Positions 55,029 through 64,000 of a DNA stretch of 64,000 nucleotides are shown one piece after another. Each line of letters opens with the position of its first letter. The stretch's first letter is position 1. A program made the position numbers and the translations under genes. The notes below the pieces were generated by a model. That model saw nothing but the letters and a program-made list of their open reading frames with translations, had not been told where the DNA came from and did not search any database. The DNA comes from an uncultured cyanobacterium. Lineage in GTDB: Bacteria > Cyanobacteriota > Cyanobacteriia > Phormidesmidales > Phormidesmidaceae. Location: contig CAWBZI010000007.1 in the NCBI GenBank assembly GCA_963793265.1, positions 64,001-128,000 of the forward strand, given 5' to 3'.

Positions 55029-55505
55029 TTAGGACAGAGATTGGATGATCAGATCGAAGTAGGCAGAGACTTCTTGAGCATCTTCATCGCTCAGCACTGC
55101 CATGGCTTCTTCTTTTAAACAGCGCATACACTCGGCAATATTCCGAATAGGAATCTCTAAGTTGTTGTACATCTCTTTGATGCCTACTGTACCAATATCT
55201 TCTAGCGGGCGTTCGCTGCCTGCTAAAACAGCGTATGCAATCAAACGCACGTACCAGCCCTGATCGCGCTGGCAGGAAGCGGTTTTACGGTCATTGCCGC
55301 TATTGCTAGGCGTGTTGGGGCATCGCTCCCAAAACTTTTGGCTACCGCGCTCAACAATCTGCTGTTCGTTTTCAGCGAGGGCCTTAGCAATGCGTACCCG
55401 CTGTTCTCCTGTTTTCACGAAGTCTTGAAAAATGCGGAGTTCTTTAGGGGCAGGATAACGAGCTTCACTGTCTGCGCTCAAGATGAGTTCTGTAACTAGG
55501 CTCAT
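55029..55505 (-). CDS. apcD5: Far-red allophycocyanin alpha-type ApcD5
   Basis: MSLVTELILSAD start at 55505 with AAGGA RBS; FWERCP, ASCQRDQGW; first gene of the operon. Confidence 0.85.
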   Translation of the reverse strand: MSLVTELILSADSEARYPAPKELRIFQDFVKTGEQRVRIAKALAENEQQIVERGSQKFWERCPNTPSNSGNDRKTASCQRDQGWYVRLIAYAVLAGSERPLEDIGTVGIKEMYNNLEIPIRNIAECMRCLKEEAMAVLSDEDAQEVSAYFDLIIQSLS

Positions 55506-55536
55506 AACAACGTGTCCTTTTATGGAAGTGGCTATT

Positions 55537-55568
55537 ACCCTAAACAACAAACATGAAGAACCTATGAA
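55537..55568 (-). promoter_or_regulatory. Candidate RfpB box plus -10 element, apcD5...psbH2 operon
   Basis: Minus strand TTCAT-aggttc-TTCAT-N10-TAGGGT. Confidence 0.72.
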
Positions 55569-55635
55569 AAGAAAAAGATATCTTCCAAGCTCTGTTGACT
55601 TAAGTTAAACCAAGGAAAAGCTGTACGCTTTCCTC

Positions 55636-55667
55636 TTCATAGGTTTTTCATGTTTTCACGCTATATC
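55636..55667 (+). promoter_or_regulatory. Candidate RfpB box plus -10 element, psbO2-nblA-psbV2 operon
   Basis: TTCAT-aggttt-TTCAT-N10-TATATC. Confidence 0.68.
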
Positions 55668-55717
55668 TGTTAGGTGAGCCACTGAGCTAAACCTTTAAAA
55701 CTCACCTAACAAAGCCT

Positions 55718-56578
55718 ATGTTTTTAACTAAAAAGATACCGTACAAAGCGATCGCCGTATCATTCTTAGCCCTTTGCTTAGGACTGCTAACGGCCTGTAG
55801 CAATAGCCCAACGATAGGCAGTGGCTCACTTAGCTATGACGATATTAAGGGTAGCGGACTAGCGAATAACTGCCCTCAGCTTACAGGCACCAATATGGAT
55901 TCGATAGCTGTAGAAGGAGAGCAGCCTTACCAGCTCAAAGCGCTTTGCATACATCCTGAAACGTTCTTAGTGAAGCGGGAGAGTCCGTTAACCCGCCAGG
56001 GAAAACGTCAGGAAGGTAAGTTTGTAGAAAGTAAGCTGTTGACCCGCGAGAGTTCTACGCTCGATCAGGTTAGTGGTGTGCTGCAAAGTGCTCCCGACGG
56101 CAGCTTGACTTTTATCGAGCGAGGCGGATTTGACTTTCAGCCGATTACCGTTCAGCTACCGGATGGTGAACGTGTGCCTGTTTTGTTTACGGTGAAGGGA
56201 CTGGTGGCGAATACTCAAGCAGCGATCACAGCACTTACTCCATCTACCCGGCTATCAGGAAGCTTTGACGTACCGCCCTATCGAACCTCTAGCTTTATCG
56301 ATCCAAAGGGTCGTGGGCTTGCGGTGGGTTACGATGCGGCAGTTGGCATTCCTATTCAGGCGGATAGAGACAAGTTTTCTAAGCAAAACAACAAGTCTTT
56401 TGACATGGCGAAAGGACGTATTGTGCTGCAAATAGAAAAAGTGAATCAGAGAACCGGAGAACTTTCGGGTCAGTTCGAGAGTCAGCAGCCTTCGGATACT
56501 GATTTTGGCACGAAAGAAGCCATGACCGTCAAGATTCAAGGGACATTTTACGGACGTGTTGAGCCAGAGATTGCGTAG
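55718..56578 (+). CDS. psbO2: PSII manganese-stabilizing protein paralog
   Basis: LLTAC signal, YDDIKGSGLANNCP, GFDFQPITVQLPDGERVPVLFTVK, SFIDPKGRG, QPSDTDFG. Confidence 0.93.
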   Translation: MFLTKKIPYKAIAVSFLALCLGLLTACSNSPTIGSGSLSYDDIKGSGLANNCPQLTGTNMDSIAVEGEQPYQLKALCIHPETFLVKRESPLTRQGKRQEGKFVESKLLTRESSTLDQVSGVLQSAPDGSLTFIERGGFDFQPITVQLPDGERVPVLFTVKGLVANTQAAITALTPSTRLSGSFDVPPYRTSSFIDPKGRGLAVGYDAAVGIPIQADRDKFSKQNNKSFDMAKGRIVLQIEKVNQRTGELSGQFESQQPSDTDFGTKEAMTVKIQGTFYGRVEPEIA

Positions 56579-56605
56579 TTTATATTCATTGAGGGACGTT
56601 TTACC

Positions 56606-56836
56606 ATGATTGGGAAACTAAGCCTAGAACAAGAACTTGAGCTGAAGATTTTGAGCGATCAAGCCCAGCGGCTGTCTCTTGATCAGGCTCAAAGGTATAT
56701 CGTTGAAGTAATGCGGCAAATGATGGTTAGAGACAATCTATTAAGCCATCTATTAACAGAAACCGGGCTTCCTCAAGAACAGTATACGCAGTCTATTATT
56801 TTTCAGGGAAAGTCTTCCTGGTACGAAGGAACTTAA
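56606..56836 (+). CDS. nblA: Phycobilisome degradation adaptor NblA paralog
   Basis: LSLEQEL...LSLDQAQRYIVEVMRQMMVRDN matches the NblA helix-loop-helix pattern; GAGG RBS. Confidence 0.85.
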   Translation: MIGKLSLEQELELKILSDQAQRLSLDQAQRYIVEVMRQMMVRDNLLSHLLTETGLPQEQYTQSIIFQGKSSWYEGT

Positions 56837-56890
56837 GCAGTTTAAGTTAGATAGCCACAGAGAAGAAAAAACGTAGAGGGGACAATAGCA

Positions 56891-57406
56891 ATGATTCGTG
56901 TTCTTAAAAAGATTCTGGCTAGTGCCGCCGCTTTGTATGCGATTGTAACGGCTTTGATGATAGCGTTTGCCTGGACGAGTAGTGCGATCGCACTTGAAAT
57001 CGACGCCCCCCTTCGCACGGTACCGCTCAATGATACGGGTGAACAAACGACGCTGACCATTGAGCAGATTATGCTCGGACAGCAAAAGTTTAATAGTAGC
57101 TGCGCTCAGTGCCATATAGACGGCAGCACAAAGCCTAATCCCGATGTAGATTTGAGCACTCAAACGCTTGCGCTCGCCACACCTTCGCGCGACAGCGTTA
57201 GCAGCCTGCTGGACTATCTCGATCATCCCACTACTTATGACGGGCTGCGATCGCTAGCCGATCTGCACCCGTCTACGCTGAATCTCGATCTTTTTCCTAG
57301 AATGCAGGGTTTGTCTAGGAGTGATTTGGAGGCGATCGCAGGCTACATTTTAGCGGAGCCTAATATTGTTGGAGAGCGGTGGGGCGGCGGTAAACCCAAG
57401 CGGTAA
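56891..57406 (+). CDS. psbV2: Cytochrome c550 paralog
   Basis: Signal peptide, CAQCH haem motif, LALATP, PTTYDG..LADLHPS, RWGGGK. Confidence 0.92.
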   Translation: MIRVLKKILASAAALYAIVTALMIAFAWTSSAIALEIDAPLRTVPLNDTGEQTTLTIEQIMLGQQKFNSSCAQCHIDGSTKPNPDVDLSTQTLALATPSRDSVSSLLDYLDHPTTYDGLRSLADLHPSTLNLDLFPRMQGLSRSDLEAIAGYILAEPNIVGERWGGGKPKR

Positions 57407-57418
57407 ATGTTATGTACG

Positions 57419-60400
57419 CTATTCTCCTAACCGCGTTAGTTCTTCTAAAAGTAGAGCTTCGGCTTCGGCATCTGAAAGATTGTCTATGTCTTGAGTTTGT
57501 TCAGTAGAGTCTATGAAGAAGTCAGCCGCTTCAAGAGATGAGATCGGAGGCGCAATGAGCGCTACGAGATAGTCTTTGAGAAGCGATGGCGTTGGGTAGT
57601 CGTAGATGAGGGTGACAGGTAGAGGGCTCTGAAGGTTGGTTTGTAGGCGGTTGCGCAGCTCTACGGCGGTGAGCGAGTCTAGGCCGAGTTCGGTAAAGCT
57701 GCTGCTGAAGTCGGATAGCGGAACAAGATCTGTCCCTAACACTATGGCAATTTGTTGCTGTAGGTGATGCGATATTAGAGCCTGTCGCTCTGGCTGGGTG
57801 GCCTGCTCGATTTTAGTTCTGAAAGCGGTGGGTGCAGCGGATGTTTTCGCAACACTCATTTGTGCTGTGTTGTCGGCAAAGAGCGTGTTACTGTTTGCTA
57901 TGCTTGTCCAGTTTTTGATATCTCCTGGTAGAATGCCGATTTGAGGCGCTTCAGCAGCGTTAATCATGATCTGGCTCAAGAGAGACAGTCCGATTTCAGG
58001 CTCAATTAAAGGAATGTTTGCTTTGTCCAAACGCTGTTTTACGGCTGGATTGTTGGCTAAGTCTGTGCCTGCCCAAGCCGCCCAGTTAATGCTCAGCGCA
58101 GGAAGCTCTAGCTGATGGCGTAGGGTAGCTACGGCGTCTAAAAAGCTGTTAGCGGCGGCGTAGTTTGCCTGTCCAGCCGATCCGAGAAGAGAGGCGGCCG
58201 AGGAGAACATAACGAAGTGATCGAGTGGTAGGCTTCGGGTGAGCTGGTGTAGGTGCCAGGTGCCAGTGACTTTAGCTGACATGGCACGCTCGAAGTGAGG
58301 CCAGGTTTGTTGTGATAGAGCGCTGTCGTCGGTTTGGCCTGCTAGGTGGAAGATTCCTTTGAGCGGATTTGTTGCAGAAAACTCAAGCATATGGGCGAGG
58401 GCTGCTGTTAGAATAGGTAAGTTGGAGAGGTCGGCCTGGATAGTTTGAATAGTGATACCAGACTCGGTGAGCTGTGCGATCGCCTCCTCAGCTTGGGCAG
58501 AAGGCTGTTGTCTTCCTAATAGCGTAATGTGGCGGGCACCTTGACTAGCTAACCATTGGGCGACCTGTAAACCGAGCGCGCCTAAGCCGCCTGTAATGAG
58601 GTAATTTGCGTCGGAGCGAATAATGGATTTTGACTCTATAGCAGGCGGCGTAACTACGACTTTGCCAATATGTTTGGCTTGTTGCATCGTGCGGAAGGCG
58701 TCTATGGCGCGCTCAGCGGTGAATAATTGTAGAGGTAGCGGGCGTAGTTCTGCCTGCTGTAGCTGAGCGACTACGCACTGTAGCATTGATTGAATGAGCT
58801 GCGGCTGGTTATGGGTAATGCTGACAAGATCGACAATGTGATAGCTTACGTCAGGGCGGCTGGCGGACATTTCTTCGGTTGACCAGATGTCTGTTTTGCC
58901 GATTTCTATGAACTGGCCGTTAGGGGCTAGGGTAGAGAGACTTTTAGCGATCGCCTCTCCCGAAAAAGAGTTCAATACAAAATTAACCCCTTCACCGTCT
59001 GTCTGCTGCATAATCTTGTCTGCAAAGTCAAGTGCACGAGAATTAAAGATATGCTTGATTCCTTGACTTTCAAGGAGATTCCATTTGGGCAGGGAGGCAG
59101 TGGCAAAGACTTCCGCGCCGATATGCTGAGCGATTTGGACTGCGGCTTGCCCAACACCGCCTGCGGCTGAGTGGATGAGGATGCGATTGCCTTTTTTAAG
59201 CTGTCCTAACTGACATAACGCGTAGTGAGCTGTGAGAAAAGCGGTGGGAATGGTGGCGGCTTCTGTTGCGCTGATGCCGGTTGGCTTTGGAATGACGAGC
59301 TGAGCAGATACAGTGGTGAACTGGCTGAAGCTGGCAGGGGCGATCGCAATGACAATATCTCCCACCTGCACGTTTTGCACCTCTGCACCTTTCGCCACAA
59401 CCTCACCAACACACTCAAGCCCTAAAGCGCCCGCATCACCGGGATATAGCCCTAGCGCGTTAAGCACATCTCTAAAGTTCAAACCAGTTGCCTGTACGCG
59501 CAGCTCTACCTCATGTGATTTGGGCGGCTGTCGCAGCACTTTGTTCCAGTGGAGCTGTTCTAATGTGCCGCGATCAGGAATTTGAAGCTGTAAGGCTGTG
59601 TCGGCTAACTGGCTATTCGCAGGTTTGCGAATGAGCGCCGCGCTGTATCGGACGTTTTGTCGGTATGCAACTTGAGAGCTGTTTACCTCAGCAGTCGAAA
59701 GTTTTATTTCAGCGAAGAGGTTCTGTAGCGGTTGGCGATCGCTATCTTCTAAACCCAAATCCACACAGGTGCAGTTTAAGTCTGGATGCTCCAAGGAGAT
59801 CGTTTTGCCTAATCCCCATAGTGGCGCTGTCGATACGTTGATGTGATCAGTAGGGAGAACAGACTGAGCTTGATTCGTGACTAACCACAGACGCGCAGGA
59901 TTTGTACGATTAATGAGAGCTTGGGCGAGATGAAGTGCGCTTTGGCAGCTTTGTTTGATCTGGCTGTTGATGGTTTCAATCGTTGAAGGGTTGCGATCGC
60001 TAGCAAGATAGATAACGTTATGAACTGTTTCAAAGGTCTGTGGATTATTTGAAATGTAGCTGTCGATTGATTGAGGGATGTCGATCAACAGCTTGTGGCA
60101 GGTTTGGTTTTGAGATGTTAGAAGGGTGGCGATCGCATCTATTTTTTCATTGTCATGCCCTGCTATTAGCCAAGTTGAGGGCGATAAGGGATGGTCATTC
60201 TCTACGGGTGTAGCTTTCCAAATAGGCTGATAGAGCCAATTCTGCCATGGCTTGAGAGATGTATTTGCCAAGCACTTTGCAGATATACCTGAGAGGTAGG
60301 CGATCGCCCGTCCGCTATCATCAACGATCTGAATATTGGCAGTGACGATATCGTTCTCGACTGGATGAAGTGTGATGTGGCTCCAAACAGTGCTGCCAGA

Positions 60401-63400
60401 TTTAGCGGGGAATGACTGGTAGTAAGTAAGAAATTCTAAACCCATCGGAACGTAGGCATTAATTCGTTCGGCTTCGGGTAGGGCGGCGAGTATGCACTGA
60501 AAGCAACTGTCTAGGATTGCGGGATGTAAGTGGTTTTGTTGTTGATCAATGGATTTGGGGATTTCTATTTGGCCTAAAGCTTGAGAGTCAGCGCACCACA
60601 GCGCTTGGATGCTGCGGAAGGGGCCGCTATAGCTGAGGTTGGCTTGCTCGCACTGGGCATAGTGGACTTCAGGCGATCGCATCTCAGGAAGGGAGCGTTT
60701 GACTGCCTGAATATCTATAGGCTCGGGAGAAATATTACTGTTGGACGCAATTATTCCTTCACAGTGAAATGTCCAGTCTTCAGATTGTTCTTCTTTGCTA
60801 TAAATTTGAAAGCGATGATCGTTGAGATGAGGCGTGAGAATTGTTTGGATAGTGACGGGGCGATCTGTGAGCGTAAGAGATTGGGGAATGGCTACTTTTG
60901 TGAGACTCACTGAGTCGGTCTTTAGTAGGGACTTACCGGCTGCGATCGCTATTTCAAGATAGGCTGCACCAGGAAATACGACCTGATTATGGACTTGGTG
61001 GTTTTGAAGATAAGCGGGCTGAGTTGCCGTTAGCGTCTGTTGAAAGAGATTTTGTTGTAAAGGGGTTGAAATAGGTGAGCCTAATAGAAAATGGCTAAGC
61101 TGAGTATTTGAAACAAAGGGTATGTGAGGGACGGGCTCTCTATCTATCCAGTGGCGCTGGCGTTGGAAGGGATAGGTGGGTAGCGGAATGCGGTGGCGGG
61201 GGCGATCGCTGTAAAAGGTGTCCCAATCAATGAGATGGCCCTGGGTGTACAGAGTGGCAAGCGTGGTAAGACTTTGTTCGGTGTCGGATTGTTTGGGGCT
61301 GAGAGTGGGGAGCCAGCGGTGGGTGGTGTTGGGCAGTGTGGTTTGAGCGAGGGTGAGGAGGACAGGGCGAGGGCCAAGCTCTAAGAAGGTGTTGTAGTTT
61401 TGAGCGTGGAGAGTTTGAATGCTTTGCGAGAACTGTACGGGATGGCGGATGTGGTTAACCCAGTAGTCGGGGGTGGCAATTTGTTCGGGAGGAGCAACCT
61501 GACCAGTTTGGTTTGAGATGATGTCCAGGGTGGGCGGCTGGTAGGTGATGGTGACTGCAATTTTGCTGAATTCCGCTAGCATAGGCTCTATGAGCGGCGA
61601 GTGGAAAGCGTGAGAGACTTTTAAGGGACGATGTTTAATGCTTTGTTGTTCTAGCTGCTGAGCGATTTGGGCGATCGCACGCTCATCCCCAGAAATCACA
61701 ACGTTCTGCGGGCTATTGATAGCGGCTAACGAGACGCGATCGCTATAGGGCAATATCAACTTTGCACAATATGCCTCGTCTGCAACCACCGAGAGCATCA
61801 CACCGCCTGCTGGCAGCGATTGCATGAGCCCACCTCTAGCCACAACGAGTTTTAGTGCATCTTCTAGGCTGAATACATTAGCAATGCAGGCTGCCACATA
61901 TTCACCCAAACTATGGCCGAGAACGGCTGACGGGCGAACGCCCCATGATAGCCAAAGCTGAGCGAGGGCATATTCAAAGCTAAAAAGAACTGGCTGTGTA
62001 TAGGCTGTTTGATGAATGCTTTCTTCTCCTCCATAGAGAACTTCGAGAAGAGGAATATCATATTGTTTAAGAATCTCTTCACAGTGGCCTAGTGCTTTGC
62101 GAAAGATAGGCTGAGTGTTGTAAAGTTCTTGCCCCATACCGGCTGACTGAGCACCTTGGCCAGTGAAGAGAAAGGCTGTTTTAGCGGTGCTTGAGGTGGT
62201 TTAGGACTGGATAACCATTGCTGTAGCTGGGTTTGTAGGTGCTGGATGGAGCGGGCGGTGAAGGCTAGGCGATGGGGGAAGTGCGATCGCCCAACGGCGG
62301 CTGTAAAGCACAAGTCGGCAATGGATAGATCGGGATGGTCTGCTAGAAATGAGATGTATTTCTGGGTGAGTGATCGCAGCACAGACTCACTTTTAGCTGA
62401 GAGCACGAATATTTCAGGGCGATCGCTAGCAACTGTTGTTTGATTCTGAACAGCTTCTTCTAACACCATATGCACGTTCGTTCCACCGATGCCAAGTGAG
62501 TTAACACAGGCGCGTCTGGGCGTTTTTTGCTGCGGCCATTCGGTGAGCGAGGTGTTGACGTAAAAAGGACTGTTGGAGAAGTCTATCTGTGGATTAGATT
62601 GTTCAAAATGAAGGCTAGGGGGAATTTGAGCGTGGTGGACGGCAAGGGCGGTTTTGATAAAGCCGACGATGCCGGAGGCGATGTTGAGATGGCCGACGTT
62701 GGTTTTTACCGAGCCGATAGGGCAGAACTGTTTTGCTTTTGTGCTGAGGCGAAAGGCTTGGGTGAGGCCGGTGATCTCAACCGGATCGCCAAGCTGAGTG
62801 CCAGTGCCGTGGGCTTCTAGGTAGCCGATACTGTCAGCGGGAATATCAGCGGTGGCGATTGCTTCAGCGGCGACTCTGGCCTGACCTTCGCTTAAAGGGG
62901 CCAGGTAGCCGACTTTTTGCCCGCCATCATTGCCGATTGCTGAGCCTTTGATAACGGCGTAGATGAAGTCTTTGTGAGCGATCGCCTCATCCAATCGCTT
63001 CAACACCACTAGCCCAACGCCGCTACCAAAAAGCGTCCCCTGCGAGCTAGCATCAAAGGCCCGACAGTGCCCGTCTGCCGAGAGAATCATGCCTTCCTGA
63101 TACAGGTAGCCTGCTTTTTGCGGCGTTTCAACCGATACCCCACCAGCTAGGGCGATATCACATTCTCCTTGTATCAGGCTTTGGGCGGCGAGGTGAATAG
63201 AAACGAGAGACGTGGAGCAGGCGGTTTGGACGTTGATGCTGGGGCCGCGTAGATTGAGCTTATAGGAGACTCGGGTGGTGAGATAGTCTTTGTCGTTGGC
63301 GACGGTGGCCTGAAAGCCGCCCATGGAGCTGAGGGTGAAGACGTTGAGGGTGTCGTTAGGATCGAGAGTGTGGCGCTGAGGGTAGACGTGATTGAGCAGA

Positions 63401-64000
63401 TAGGTGTTGGTGGTGGCTCCGGCGTATAGGGCGATCGCGCCTGGATAGGTATGGGGGTTGTAGCCCGCGGTTTCAAGGCTTTCCCAGGCACATTCTAGTA
63501 GAAGGCGCTGCTGAGGGTCGATGAGTTTAGCTTCTTTGGGGCTGTAGCCGAAAAAGTCGGCGTCGAAGCAGTCAACATCGGTGAGGGTGGGGCTGGCTTT
63601 GACGTAGTTTGGATTCTGTATGAGGGCAGGATCGATGCCTGAAGCTAGGAGTTCTTCGTCGGTGAAGAAGGTGATAGATTCTACACCGTTTTGAAGGTTT
63701 TGCCAGAAGGTATCTAGGTCGGGCGCTCCTGGAAAACGACCGGCCATACCGATAATGGCGATGTTGTTGGAGACTGTCGTTTTGGGACGTGAGCGAATCT
63801 GTAGGGTAGGCTCAGCGGCGTCTGATAGGTGGGTGGCAAGCGAGGCGATAGTGGGATGTTGAAATAGGGTGACGGCGGTGAGGGTAGGGTCTATTTGGTT
63901 TTGAAGGTGGCCGAGCACCTGCATGAGGCTTAGAGAATTGCCGCCAAGGTCGAAGAAGCTTTCTTGAATACCGATATCTGTTGTTTTAAGGACGGACTGC
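57419..64000 (-). CDS. Hybrid NRPS/PKS, 3' part: PCP-KS-AT-DH-ER-KR-ACP-docking; 5' truncated by window; frameshift at ~62200
   Basis: PCP FFDLGGNSL (63999-63925, upstream of the listed ATG); KS QTACSTS/HGTGT/NVGH; AT GHSLG/HAFHS; DH HQVHNQVVFP; ER LIHSAAGGVG; KR GGLGALG/YAAAN; ACP LGLDSL. ORFs 62089-63924 and 57419-62137 join by restoring one base. Confidence 0.9.

Overview
Cyanobacterial chromosome segment, rich in HIP1 (GCGATCGC) sites. Gene content suggests a relative of Synechococcus sp. PCC 7335, but this is an inference. Positions 1-23.2 kb hold housekeeping and accessory genes (His-tailed ferrochelatase-like protein, riboflavin synthase, crtO, KirBac channel, GH57, nblB, eno, gloA). 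Positions 23.2-29.2 kb form a defence-like islet: an MNT-HEPN pair, a disrupted NACHT-WD40 NLR-like gene with near-identical 126-bp repeats, a truncated toxin-like ORF, and two membrane proteins sharing a RHIM-like QVGRD motif, one carrying a collagen helix. Positions 29.4-57.4 kb are a complete far-red light photoacclimation (FaRLiP) cluster: chlF-psaA2B2L2I2F2J2, rfpBAC, psbA3, apcD5B2D2E2D3-psbD3C2B2H2, plus psbO2-nblA-psbV2 and an inserted USP/CBS-CP12/pentapeptide block. Positions 57.4-64 kb are the 3' end of a hybrid NRPS/PKS. The most notable de novo signal is a 32-bp promoter architecture, YYCAT-N6-TYCAT-N10-(-10 box), found six times in the cluster. It is a candidate RfpB operator and would extend the regulon to nblA, psbO2/psbV2, USP/CBS-CP12 and a pentapeptide gene. 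All calls were made by eye, without database searches.
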